DNA of 55,665 bases from the IMG/VR virus record IMGVR_UViG_3300045988_036843, positions 1 to 55,665 of that record, one strand, 5' to 3'. The notes beneath the pieces are model-generated. The model saw nothing but the letters and a program-made list of their open reading frames with translations, was not told the origin of the DNA and made no database searches. Position numbers and translations under genes: made by a program. Positions 16,310-24,574 of the stretch are shown one piece after another; within the stretch, counting starts at the first letter, position 1, and each line of letters starts with the position of its first letter. Source of the DNA: a virus.

Positions 16310-16359
16310 GGCTTCATTAGGCTTCATTGTTATTACTTTGGCTTAATACGGCTTCACAA
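16310..16359 (-). repeat. Five-slot 10-bp phased array of GGCTT(C/A)A units (reverse complement T(G/T)AAGCC)
   Basis: GGCTT starts at 16310, 16320, 16340 and 16350, in exact 10-bp register. The 16330 slot is degenerate. The array lies 18-67 nt upstream of the Sak4-like start. Confidence 0.8.
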
Positions 16360-16361
16360 AA

Positions 16362-16574
16362 TCAGCCAGCCATCAGTTCTGCCATCTGGTGATACAAATC
16401 TCTCAATTCGGATTCCCTGCTGTCGATTTCAGCCTGCAATTCTTCGATTTGCTCCAAACGCTCCGATTCTCTTTCTGCCAAGACATCACATCTGTCCATG
16501 TAAAGCTCTCGATCGTCAGGTTCTTCTCCGCCAAAACGGTCATACTTGCCGGAGCAGTCAAACATTTCGTTCAT
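16362..16574 (-). CDS. Acidic coiled-coil hypothetical protein (70 aa)
   Basis: ORF track 16362..16589. ATG 16574 behind a GGAGGG RBS. Confidence 0.5.
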   Translation of the reverse strand: MNEMFDCSGKYDRFGGEEPDDRELYMDRCDVLAERESERLEQIEELQAEIDSRESELRDLYHQMAELMAG

Positions 16575-16831
16575 TCTGCATCCCTCCATTTGCTGGTGTG
16601 ATGTGTTACACGGCTGATTTTCTTGCTTTTACGGTTTCCATATTCGTTTTCCGCATTAACGCCAAGTGCGCACATGACAAGTGCCACAGCCAAAAGCGAA
16701 ACTGAGAGAAAAGTGTAAAATAGTCCAGCTCCAAGCGTTGTTGCGTTTTCAATTGAGCTTCCGCAGCCAACAGACCAGATCGAGAACAAAATCCCAACTG
16801 TAACCAATATCGTCCCTTTTACGCTTTTCAT
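16571..16831 (-). CDS. Small membrane protein (possible lipoprotein)
   Basis: 86 aa with two or three hydrophobic helices and an SVGCGSS lipobox-like motif. Confidence 0.5.
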   Translation of the reverse strand: MKSVKGTILVTVGILFSIWSVGCGSSIENATTLGAGLFYTFLSVSLLAVALVMCALGVNAENEYGNRKSKKISRVTHHTSKWRDAE

Positions 16832-17064
16832 TTTTTCACCTTTTTCAACACGACATCGAAGTAATCCGGGTTTGAGCTATCAACGATTGCGTATGCGTTC
16901 AAAACATCGCATATCTTCAAAAGTGTCCCTGTTCTGATTCCTTCTTTGTGTCTGGCTCTTCTTCTCCCGAGGATGCTGTCTAGTGTCGGCCTTGACACTG
17001 TGCTTTTGCGGCAAAGCTCATTCACACGAATGCCGCGCGCTTTCATGGCATCTTCGAGCTTCAT
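16828..17064 (-). CDS. HTH DNA-binding protein
   Basis: 78 aa. VNELCRKSTVSRPTLDSIL is a helix-turn-helix-like segment. Confidence 0.5.
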   Translation of the reverse strand: MKLEDAMKARGIRVNELCRKSTVSRPTLDSILGRRRARHKEGIRTGTLLKICDVLNAYAIVDSSNPDYFDVVLKKVKK

Positions 17065-17255
17065 TTTTTCTCACCCTTGTGCCCGAATACCCAAGCCGAT
17101 GCGGCGATGACTGCGGCTGCAATAGTGTATTTCGCAGCTTCAATGCCAACCATCACACCGATCTCGTTCATCAGCCACATATTCACAAGGAGGAATGCCA
17201 GGACGATTGCCAACGTCCCAGCCCAAATCAAGATAAGTTCAACCAACGTCTTCAT
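17061..17255 (-). CDS. Small membrane protein (64 aa)
   Basis: ORF track 17061..17285. ATG 17255 behind a GGGAGGA RBS. Two TM helices. Confidence 0.5.
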   Translation of the reverse strand: MKTLVELILIWAGTLAIVLAFLLVNMWLMNEIGVMVGIEAAKYTIAAAVIAASAWVFGHKGEKK

Positions 17256-17257
17256 AC

Positions 17258-17458
17258 TCAGTCCTCCCGTCCACCAACGGCGCATTCTGCAACCGTGTCT
17301 TCGATTTTCTTACGTAGCATTACACAAACCATGCGGATTTCTTTGAATTTCAAGCCGGAACTAATGACCATGCCATACATATCATTTACGAGCTCGTACG
17401 CTTTGGGGGACAGGTCATCCTGTGCAAGCTTTCGCTTGTATCTTTTGCTTTTGTACAT
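17258..17458 (-). CDS. Hypothetical protein (66 aa)
   Basis: ORF in the operon. Confidence 0.45.
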   Translation of the reverse strand: MYKSKRYKRKLAQDDLSPKAYELVNDMYGMVISSGLKFKEIRMVCVMLRKKIEDTVAECAVGGRED

Positions 17459-17552
17459 TTCTTGCAGTCCTTTCTGTGGATATGTTCTAGGCGGTCAGCT
17501 TCTCGGCTTTGCCATCGAACTTCCCGCTTTCCATAATATTTGCCGTTCATCT

Positions 17553-17996
17553 TTACCACCTATCAATCGTTCCAAGCTGTAGCCCAAGCACTACCTTTCC
17601 GTATGTTGTGCCAAGCTCCTTTGCTTTTGCTTCGATTTCCTCGATGGTATAGTCCTTGCTCTTCGGCTTCGGCTTTTTGGGCTTTTGTTTCTCGCATTGG
17701 TCGCTTCTGCCGTTTTCCAGGTACTTCTCGCGAAGCTTTTTTTGCAAGTCTGCGTAAGCTGCTTTCGTGCACTCTTTGTGATACTTCTGGCAAAGGTTTC
17801 TCCGCACAAGCGGTTTTCCGCACCAAGCGCAAGGAACTGGTTTTGCAGTTTCATTGCGCCTGGCTTCTGTTTCTTTCCGTTTGCGTTCTCTGTCTCGCTC
17901 CAAACTCACGATTCTATAGCAGTCAGCGCAATATTTTCTGTTCGCGGGAGCTAGTCCAAGAAAAGCTCCACAGCGCTCACAGTATTTAATCTCCAC
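17553..17996 (-). CDS. Zn-finger / basic hypothetical protein
   Basis: ORF track 17553..18041. A GTG start at 17996 (VEIKYCERCG) behind an AGGAGAG RBS is preferred. Two CxxC pairs and a Lys/Arg-rich centre. Confidence 0.5.
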   Translation of the reverse strand: MEIKYCERCGAFLGLAPANRKYCADCYRIVSLERDRERKRKETEARRNETAKPVPCAWCGKPLVRRNLCQKYHKECTKAAYADLQKKLREKYLENGRSDQCEKQKPKKPKPKSKDYTIEEIEAKAKELGTTYGKVVLGLQLGTIDRW

Positions 17997-18111
17997 GCTG
18001 CTCTCCTGCTTTCTTCTTGGCTTCCCGGTTGTGGCGTTCAAAGCACTGGTTCAGCGTCTTTTCCATCCACAGTGCCTTGTTGGCATCGTTCCGGGACACG
18101 CCCGCTACCAT
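17986..18111 (-). CDS. Small ORF (41 aa), not in the ORF track
   Basis: ATG 18111, MVAGVSRNDANKALWMEKTLNQCFERHNREAKKKAGEQRGD. Fills an otherwise empty gap and overlaps the next start. Confidence 0.3.
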   Translation of the reverse strand: MVAGVSRNDANKALWMEKTLNQCFERHNREAKKKAGEQRGD

Positions 18112-18155
18112 TGCCAGTTTCAATCTGCGCTTACGGCTTTGCGCTTTACAGAATT

Positions 18156-18539
18156 TCACCAGCACTCACCAGCCTTTTTGATGATGAACTCAGGTACATC
18201 CCTGCCGGTAGCCCGGCACAGGCATACGCACTTGGCAATCCAAACATCCCACTTGGATGAGCCGATATAGCAAGTGCGGTTCGTCATTTTTTTCTCTTCC
18301 GATTCAAGCCACAGGCTAATCGAATGAAGCTCGCAGCTTTCAACTTTGTACCAACTGATGCCGTATCCATCCAAGCACAGCTGCTCCATAATCCGCATCG
18401 CCAGGCATTTCGCTTCGGCGAGTTCCTCTGCCGTCCACTTAAGCTTGTCCGCTTCGTAGGCCTCCACCGCCTTGTTAATGGCGTGGTGCGCTTCGTTCGG
18501 GTGTTCAAGGTCTACCTTTAAGGTGATAATCTGCTCCAT
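18156..18539 (-). CDS. Hypothetical protein (127 aa)
   Basis: ORF in the operon. Confidence 0.55.
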   Translation of the reverse strand: MEQIITLKVDLEHPNEAHHAINKAVEAYEADKLKWTAEELAEAKCLAMRIMEQLCLDGYGISWYKVESCELHSISLWLESEEKKMTNRTCYIGSSKWDVWIAKCVCLCRATGRDVPEFIIKKAGECW

Positions 18540-18551
18540 GTTCAGCCCTCC

Positions 18552-19040
18552 TTATACCGCACCGTCAAACGCCTTATCCATAGCGTCCATGACAGGCTTT
18601 AAGCGTTCCAGCATGTTGTACTTCTGCTTGAAGCTCTGTGCATCCCGGAAAGCGTCTGCCATCATCTGACTGTGCAAATCCGGGTGTTCCAGAACCTCTT
18701 TCATCGGCATATAAGACCGAACAGGCGGTTCTTCCGGCGCAACCACGGTAACGTTGACGTAGGCTCTGACAGGCTCCTGCGTATCCTCGCTGGTGATGCG
18801 AATTGCTCCAATCATGTGCCGTGCCTGACCCTGACGGTACTTCTCTGCGGCAACTTCGTCTCTCCACTCGAAGTCGTTATGCAGAACCGATTCCTTCGTT
18901 CTAGCATAATCGACAACCAGTTCCGGCGTGAGCTTACCGCTGTTCTGCCGGATTTCTTCAAACGCACCAGCGGCTTCATCGGCAGTTGCCTTGTAACAGC
19001 ACTTGTCGCTCTTCCACTGATAACCAGTTTTAATGTTCAT
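18552..19040 (-). CDS. Conserved phage hypothetical protein (162 aa)
   Basis: AAAGGAG RBS. LTPELVVDYARTKESVLHNDFEWRDEVAAEKYRQGQARHMI looks like a conserved phage motif, but I cannot name the family. Confidence 0.6.
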   Translation of the reverse strand: MNIKTGYQWKSDKCCYKATADEAAGAFEEIRQNSGKLTPELVVDYARTKESVLHNDFEWRDEVAAEKYRQGQARHMIGAIRITSEDTQEPVRAYVNVTVVAPEEPPVRSYMPMKEVLEHPDLHSQMMADAFRDAQSFKQKYNMLERLKPVMDAMDKAFDGAV

Positions 19041-19456
19041 TTTTTTGCTCCTTTCTTAATTTTTGGCTCCATGCCAGCCAAAACAGGCCGCTCCTTACGG
19101 TAACGCACCGTGACTAAACGTGCCGAAACTCACCTTACCAGCCCTACCACATCGCAACTCAACGCACCAAACCAGATTGCACCTTACCGGGCCTGCCAGA
19201 CCGTTCCATACATATCCGCAACGTGACTAACCACGCCAGCCGTTCCCTGCCTTTCCTGAGCTTAACTTGCCATACCTTAACAGCCTAACCTCGCCGGAAC
19301 CCAACATAAACCGCCTAGCCTAACCAGCCTTAACGGACCTATCGCTAACATTCCTAAACAAGCCGAACCCCGACTGCCTTGCCAAGCCTCAACGCACAGC
19401 GCCTTAACTCGCCAAAACGCTCCTAGCCTCGCCTCTCCGCAACAGCCAAAAGAGCG

Positions 19457-20146
19457 TTATTCGCTCAGTTCAACATGGAATGCGCCCCAGCTACCGCCCT
19501 TTTCGATGCGCCACTCACCAAGACCGCACTGGCCACCGCCAGCATTCAGCATATTCACGATGTCGGACAAGCTGAAGTTGCCGTTCTCGTTGAAGGAGAT
19601 GGTAACATCCATGTACCAGTTGGCGAACTCAGGACGATAGCGCAGGTCTGCGGTTCCCATGCCGATACGAACAGAATCCTCACGACCTACGAACTTCGGC
19701 TCGCCTTCCGGCTTGAAGGACTTAATTTCGATGAACTCAGAACCGTTGTCACCGAAAATCATAAATGCGCCACGAGCGGAAACCTTATCCTTCGTCCAGC
19801 CCAGACGGAATGCAGCGGAAACGGCAGCAGCCTTAACAGCGCAAGCAGGGAAACCGAACTGCTCAGATGCTGCGTACTTGTCCAGCAGCTCTTCTGTCCA
19901 GTCAGCGTAGGCAACGTCCGGCTTGCCGTTCATCCAGTAAAGGGCTTCAGCGATTTCGCCGTAGACGTTCTTAGCCTGCTTCTTATCCTTCTTGAGCTTC
20001 GTACCCTGCTGAGATGCAAGCAGCTCCTTCTTCGCCTTCTCGCTCCATGCGTGGACAATCAGCGGAGAATCGCCAATAATGCGGATTTTGGCGGTTTTCT
20101 TGACAATGGGCTTGATGCAGACAACGGTAGCTTCTTTCTTAGTCAT
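19457..20146 (-). CDS. Conserved phage hypothetical protein (229 aa)
   Basis: ORF track 19457..20182. ATG 20146 preferred. C-terminal GLGEWRIEKGGSWGAFHV motif; family not recognised. Confidence 0.6.
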   Translation of the reverse strand: MTKKEATVVCIKPIVKKTAKIRIIGDSPLIVHAWSEKAKKELLASQQGTKLKKDKKQAKNVYGEIAEALYWMNGKPDVAYADWTEELLDKYAASEQFGFPACAVKAAAVSAAFRLGWTKDKVSARGAFMIFGDNGSEFIEIKSFKPEGEPKFVGREDSVRIGMGTADLRYRPEFANWYMDVTISFNENGNFSLSDIVNMLNAGGGQCGLGEWRIEKGGSWGAFHVELSE

Positions 20147-20194
20147 TTTAGTTCTCTCTTTCTTTTTTTGTTGTTTGCTCAAATGCGTTTGCAG

Positions 20195-20428
20195 TCACAT
20201 CTGAGGTTCGTTTTCGGTATTCTGCTTGATTTCAAGAATCTTGCAGATGCTCTGGATAATCTTCTCCGGCTTTCGCTCGCCACGAAGAATCTTGTAGAGG
20301 TACGAATCGTCAAGGAACAATCCAGTATCGCTTTGAACCGCCTGAATCAGCTCCGTTTGCTTCATACCTCGCTGCAACAGCTTCATCTTCACTTCTAGCT
20401 CAAAGCCAGAACGGAAGTTTTCTTTCAA
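20195..20428 (-). CDS. Cro-like HTH regulator
   Basis: 77 aa. TTG start behind a GGAGGTGG RBS. GMKQTELIQAVQSDTGLFLDDSYLYKIL is HTH-like. First gene of the leftward early operon. Confidence 0.55.
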   Translation of the reverse strand: MKENFRSGFELEVKMKLLQRGMKQTELIQAVQSDTGLFLDDSYLYKILRGERKPEKIIQSICKILEIKQNTENEPQM

Positions 20429-20455
20429 AATTCCACCTCCATTTGCTAAAATCTA

Positions 20456-20588
20456 TTGACAAGTACGGAAAACTGTACTAATATAAGGGTGTAGAGAGTT
20501 TATATTGTACAGCGTTCTGTACTGCCCATGTCTGTATTATAGTACAAGCTTCTGTACAAGTCAACTCTTTTGTACAAAATTCTGTGCA
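20456..20588. promoter_or_regulatory. Genetic switch: four 18-bp operators (WGTAC-N8-GTRCW) and two consensus promoters that cross each other
   Basis: Operators at 20462-79, 20506-23, 20541-58 and 20571-88. Plus-strand promoter TTGACA (20456-61)-17-TAATAT (20479-84). Minus-strand promoter TTGACT (20559-64)-17-TATAAT (20536-41). Each spacer is an operator. Confidence 0.65.
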
Positions 20589-20621
20589 TTTGTATACTTG
20601 CACAAATATGGGAGCATTCTT

Positions 20622-20951
20622 ATGTCGGACTTGTACAGCAACATCCACGCACTCTGCGAAAAAGAGGGCATCAAAGACGGAACCCTTTGCAGCAACATTG
20701 GGATTCGCCGCAGTTTTCTTTCCGAATTGAAAGCCGGAAGAACCAAAAGCCTGTCCACAGAGGTTCTTTCTAAGATTGCAGCTTATTTCAACGTATCGGT
20801 GGACTACCTTCTCACTGGCGACCAAAAAGAAAACCCGACCCAGCAGCCGCAAAGTGAGGCCGATGCAGCGTTGGAGCGGATTAGAAAAAAGCTTGAATCT
20901 ATGCCGAAAGCGCAGCGTGAAGCGCTGATGAACCTAATCGAGAAGATGTAA
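20622..20951 (+). CDS. XRE-family HTH repressor (CI-like, 109 aa)
   Basis: ORF track 20505..20951. ATG 20622 behind a GGGAG RBS. LCSNIGIRRSFLSELKAGRTKSLSTEVLSKIAAYFNVSVDYLL is a classic XRE HTH. Confidence 0.75.
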   Translation: MSDLYSNIHALCEKEGIKDGTLCSNIGIRRSFLSELKAGRTKSLSTEVLSKIAAYFNVSVDYLLTGDQKENPTQQPQSEADAALERIRKKLESMPKAQREALMNLIEKM

Positions 20952-20976
20952 CGTTCATGCCCGGTAAAATAAAAGA

Positions 20977-21019
20977 ATCCCTTGTGCCGGGCTGGTGTAG
21001 CTCTGCGCAAGGGATTTTC
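20977..21019. terminator. Bidirectional rho-independent terminator
   Basis: ATCCCTTGTGC...GCGCAAGGGAT stem flanked by an A-run and a T-run, between convergent genes. Confidence 0.55.
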
Positions 21020-21021
21020 TA

Positions 21022-21123
21022 TTATTCCAAGTCTAGTGCTTGCTCTGCTGCCGGAATCTTTTCAGGATGTTCCAGTAGCCATGCAATAAATCGGTCAATC
21101 TTAGCTCTTTCCTGTTCACTCAT
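21022..21123 (-). CDS. Small ORF (33 aa), a stand-alone transcription unit
   Basis: ATG 21123 behind a GGGAGGA RBS, MSEQERAKIDRFIAWLLEHPEKIPAAEQALDLE. Has its own promoter upstream and a terminator downstream. Not in the ORF track. Confidence 0.35.
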   Translation of the reverse strand: MSEQERAKIDRFIAWLLEHPEKIPAAEQALDLE

Positions 21124-21170
21124 TGTGGCATATCCTCCCGATCTGTAAGTACGGATGTTCATTTGATATG

Positions 21171-21198
21171 ATTATACATCTTTCAGTTGTGTAGTCAA
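21171..21198 (-). promoter_or_regulatory. Sigma-70-type promoter, TTGACT-16 nt-TATAAT
   Basis: -35 is the reverse complement of 21193-98; -10 is the reverse complement of 21171-76. Confidence 0.45.
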
Positions 21199-21309
21199 TA
21201 CTATTTTAACAACTTCGCAAAAATCGAACATTTTCTTTACATCCATTACTTTACATCAGGGAAGCCCAAAATTGCAATGAGCGTCCAATAAAGCCACGAT
21301 GGGACTCGA

Positions 21310-21555
21310 TTATCCTTTATTTTGCAATACGTCTTTGAGCATGGAACGAAAGGGGTTTTCAGGTAACTTGTCCAGTACATCTGCTTTGACAAGCGCGTTT
21401 GTGCTAATGCTATGCGAAACATTGTTTAGCTGCACAATGGCATCGTCCAAGTCTTTTACGGTTGCTCCACGCCGTTCCATTGACTGGAGAAAAGTTTTCA
21501 CTTCTTCAAGAACGACAGGGTTCTCGGCTTTATAGAATCCATTCGTAAAGTCCAT
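21310..21555 (-). CDS. Hypothetical protein (81 aa)
   Basis: ORF with an upstream RBS (AAAGGAGAAGAAG). Confidence 0.55.
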   Translation of the reverse strand: MDFTNGFYKAENPVVLEEVKTFLQSMERRGATVKDLDDAIVQLNNVSHSISTNALVKADVLDKLPENPFRSMLKDVLQNKG

Positions 21556-21567
21556 CTTCTTCTCCTT

Positions 21568-21774
21568 TCACAGTTCCACAAGCTGTCCGTCAATGCGTTC
21601 GATGTTGTCTGCCGGGTCGCGTCCATCGTCCAAGGCGGCTACGGCGCGTTCCAGGATGCCTTTTGCTTCGAGGTAAGCATCTTTATCAGCTTCGTACCCA
21701 GAAAGGCTCAGGACAAGCTCCAGCGTCCGTCTGCGAGCGTATGGGACAATCAGAGCGTCTACAGTTCGGTTCAT
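21568..21774 (-). CDS. Hypothetical protein (68 aa)
   Basis: ORF track 21568..21789. ATG 21774 (MNRTVDAL) is coupled to the upstream small ORF by TAATG. Confidence 0.5.
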   Translation of the reverse strand: MNRTVDALIVPYARRRTLELVLSLSGYEADKDAYLEAKGILERAVAALDDGRDPADNIERIDGQLVEL

Positions 21775-21884
21775 TAGCTTTCCTCCCACGGTTCAGGTGT
21801 GTGCGGCTTCCCATCGGGGACGCTAGCGGGCATCCCGTCGATGATTGGCATACGTTCATGGTTCCAGATTACAGTTTCTTTCAT
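21774..21884 (-). CDS. Small ORF (36 aa), not in the ORF track
   Basis: ATG 21884 behind an AAAGGAA RBS, MKETVIWNHERMPIIDGMPASVPDGKPHTPEPWEES. Confidence 0.35.
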   Translation of the reverse strand: MKETVIWNHERMPIIDGMPASVPDGKPHTPEPWEES

Positions 21885-22046
21885 TTTGCGTTTCCTTTCT
21901 CTTTGGGATTTTTTGACAATACTGTTATAACATATCTCGCTGTTTCAATGGAACAGCGACTTTTTTCAATTATTGTTTCACATTTTGAACAATATATCAG
22001 TTAAATTTCTTTGTTTTTGTATCGTTTTGTCGAAAGAGGGGTATTT

Positions 22047-22640
22047 ATGGATGATTATAGAATACGAGTGGCAAAAGCGTTAGAGATGGCAAGAGCGGAA
22101 TCTGGACTTAGCCAACAGAAGCTTGCGGACAAAATGGGTGTAGGCCGGACATCCATTTTTCGTTATGAGCAAGGAACAATGACCCCAGATGCTCCTACTA
22201 TCATAAAGTGGTTTGTATGCTGCGGTGTTGCGGCCAAGCCGTACATAGATACCTGTTTGCATCCTGGCTTGTTGGAAAGCCTGGCTAGCGATGCCAACAC
22301 CGAAAGAAAGAGGGATGCGCTGATAGAGCATATCAAAGAAGCCCATCCACAGGAAATTGACCTGCTGTGCTATCTGATCTATGGCAATCACGGCTCAGAT
22401 TACCTTGCCGTTCTGTGCGAAATGGTAGCCAACCTTCACACGACTTTGCGTGATCGTGTGTCCGTCTGTCGCACCGTCACAGGTCATTATGAGATGGCGC
22501 AGGCCACCAAAACCGACCCAGACCCAGACGGAACACAACCTAATATGCATATTTTGTATCAGGCACAAGACTGTGGAGAAGCTGCGGCCATGAAGCGAAA
22601 CGATTCTTATACCATCAATGAAGAAAACATTTTGCGCTGA
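22047..22640 (+). CDS. XRE-family HTH regulator with a ~130-aa C-terminal domain
   Basis: ORF track 22011..22640. ATG 22047. SGLSQQKLADKMGVGRTSIFRYEQG is an HTH. First gene of the plus-strand maintenance module. Confidence 0.7.
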   Translation: MDDYRIRVAKALEMARAESGLSQQKLADKMGVGRTSIFRYEQGTMTPDAPTIIKWFVCCGVAAKPYIDTCLHPGLLESLASDANTERKRDALIEHIKEAHPQEIDLLCYLIYGNHGSDYLAVLCEMVANLHTTLRDRVSVCRTVTGHYEMAQATKTDPDPDGTQPNMHILYQAQDCGEAAAMKRNDSYTINEENILR

Positions 22641-22953
22641 TTGTCGAATTATCGCAGTTTTTGAAGAACATCTTGTACACCTTTCAACGAATTGATTTCT
22701 ACTTGTGATGCATATATTTCTCTTGTTGCGTAGATAAATAACGTTAATATGTTATGTTTTTGCTCGCCCTAGCAAAATTATAACTTGATTATCAAAACTA
22801 AAACCTGTGCACATTAAGTACACCATTGTGTAAAATTGACTTTCATTTTGATAAAATAAGAAAAAAATAGAGATTATGGAGCTTCTTCTTTTGTTTAGTA
22901 GAAGATTATTTAACTCTTGTTTATAATCTTGTTTATATATAATGTAAGAATGG

Positions 22954-23044
22954 GTACGAGATGTGCATGATTGGGTACGAGATGTGCATAAGCGTGTACG
23001 AGATGTGCATCAAATAAGGGGGTCTATGTGTACAAGATGTGCAT
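22954..23044 (+). repeat. Four iterons GTAC(G/A)AGATGTGCAT upstream of rep
   Basis: Copies at 22954-68, 22975-89 and 22996-23010 (21-bp spacing) and at 23030-44. An AT-rich region precedes them. Additional GTACAC(C) motifs lie nearby. Confidence 0.8.
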
Positions 23045-23100
23045 GAATCAATGTAAGTGAATAAAACTATTGACGTGTACACCTTTATGTGATAAAATGA

Positions 23101-24201
23101 GTGTACAGAGAAAGGAGATGTACACTATTGGCAGAACTTTACGAAAATAACCTGATTGAAAAAAGCAAGGCGCTTGTTTGGGCAGAGTTTAATGATTACA
23201 CTGTTGGAGAACTGCGGCTTTTGGAAGTATATCTTAGCCGTATCAATCCTAGAGATGAAAAATCTAGCGAAGTCAAGTTTACCCTTTCGGAATATTGCGA
23301 TTTGCTTGGGCTGCGTGTTAATAGCAGGAACATCGAGAAACAAATTGAACATTTTCTTGGAAACGTTGTGACGCTTCCCCTTAATGATGATGGAAGCGAG
23401 TACAATATGTATACGCTTTTTACGAAAGCAAGTGTTACGATTGATAAAAACTTAGGAATGTACGTCGTTACCCTCTGCTGCAATCCTGAATTGAGAAGTG
23501 TTTTCTTCGATATTGCTAAGAGCGGTTATATCAAGTATAGACTTCGCTATACGGTTAAAATGAAATCGCAGTATAGCATTCTGCTCTATTCGATGCTGCG
23601 AGATATGATGAATCGTGGTGGAGACCATTTTGATATCAGCATCAATCGGCTCCGTTCACATCTCGGCGCAAATGCAGGATGCTATGAGAGTTTCAAAAAC
23701 TTTAGACGGAGAGTTTTGGATGCAGCAGTTGAAGAAATCAATGATGTGTCAGACATTTATGTTACTTACGAAAAAATCTCGTTTGGAAACAAGGCTGTTG
23801 CCGTTTCTTTTGTCGCCAAGAAAAAAGACGAAAAGCCTGTCGCTGAATTAAAGGCGAAAGAATATAAAGAGGAACTTCCGTTCAATGACAACATTCTTGT
23901 CAGCCGACCGAATAAAAAGGCTTACAGTGATGTAGATTGGGAGAATATAGCGCCAGACCTTGAGAAATCAGAGTGCATCGGCATTGCAAGAATGGTTGGG
24001 AAAAGGATGATCGAGAGCTTCCCTGCTATTAAGGCTCATAAGAAGAAAGCTGCCGTTGTAAATATTGTGAGTAATGCGTACAATAAAATCTTGAAAGACA
24101 AGAAGGAATGGCCTGATAACCCCGCTGGCTATCTTTACAGAGTTATCGAAAACTCCGACTTGGATGAGTTTGCGACTTTTGACGATAGCTTCTTGAAGTA
24201 G
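23101..24201 (+). CDS. rep: Plasmid-type replication initiator (Rep_3/RepB-like winged-helix)
   Basis: 366 aa. The layout NNLIEKSKALVWA...ELRLLEVYLSRI...YIKYRLRYTVKMKSQYSILLYSML...FKNFRRRVLDAAVEEIN, plus upstream iterons, resembles theta-plasmid initiators. Start is GTG 23101 or TTG 23128. Confidence 0.65.
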   Translation: MYRERRCTLLAELYENNLIEKSKALVWAEFNDYTVGELRLLEVYLSRINPRDEKSSEVKFTLSEYCDLLGLRVNSRNIEKQIEHFLGNVVTLPLNDDGSEYNMYTLFTKASVTIDKNLGMYVVTLCCNPELRSVFFDIAKSGYIKYRLRYTVKMKSQYSILLYSMLRDMMNRGGDHFDISINRLRSHLGANAGCYESFKNFRRRVLDAAVEEINDVSDIYVTYEKISFGNKAVAVSFVAKKKDEKPVAELKAKEYKEELPFNDNILVSRPNKKAYSDVDWENIAPDLEKSECIGIARMVGKRMIESFPAIKAHKKKAAVVNIVSNAYNKILKDKKEWPDNPAGYLYRVIENSDLDEFATFDDSFLK

Positions 24202-24255
24202 TCAGATGCAGCGCATTAAACAGAATGAGCAGACAATGCAGAAAGGAGAAAGAGT

Positions 24256-24537
24256 ATGATTCCGATGTTTCCGAAAGGATATGACAAGGACAAGTGGTAC
24301 ATGACCAAAGATGTTATGCCGGATAAAAGCCTAGAAAGATGGCCGCATGGGCTTTTACTTCGTGTCGAAGATGAGAAAACAGGAGAAAAAAGTTTCATAA
24401 CCGGCGAGTACGATACAATCAATGGCAAATGGTTTGATTCCGATAGTAATGAAATCAAAGGAGCTGTAATTGCATGGCACGTCACGCCTGTGTTGTGGGT
24501 CGGAGACGAGATAAAAGCAGCATATCCGTTCTACTAA
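24256..24537 (+). CDS. DUF551-like hypothetical protein (93 aa)
   Basis: AAAGGAG RBS. KWYMTKDVMPD...GAVIAWHVTP. Confidence 0.5.
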   Translation: MIPMFPKGYDKDKWYMTKDVMPDKSLERWPHGLLLRVEDEKTGEKSFITGEYDTINGKWFDSDSNEIKGAVIAWHVTPVLWVGDEIKAAYPFY

Positions 24538-24574
24538 AAAGAAAAAGTGGCCAGAACGACGAGGAGGTTGACTC

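Noticed and set aside
19100-19456. A third copy of the phased AAGCC array
   Set aside because: AGCC cores start at 19140, 19228, 19282, 19317, 19326, 19351, 19385, 19425 and 19444, which are not in a 10-bp register, and the flanking bases differ.
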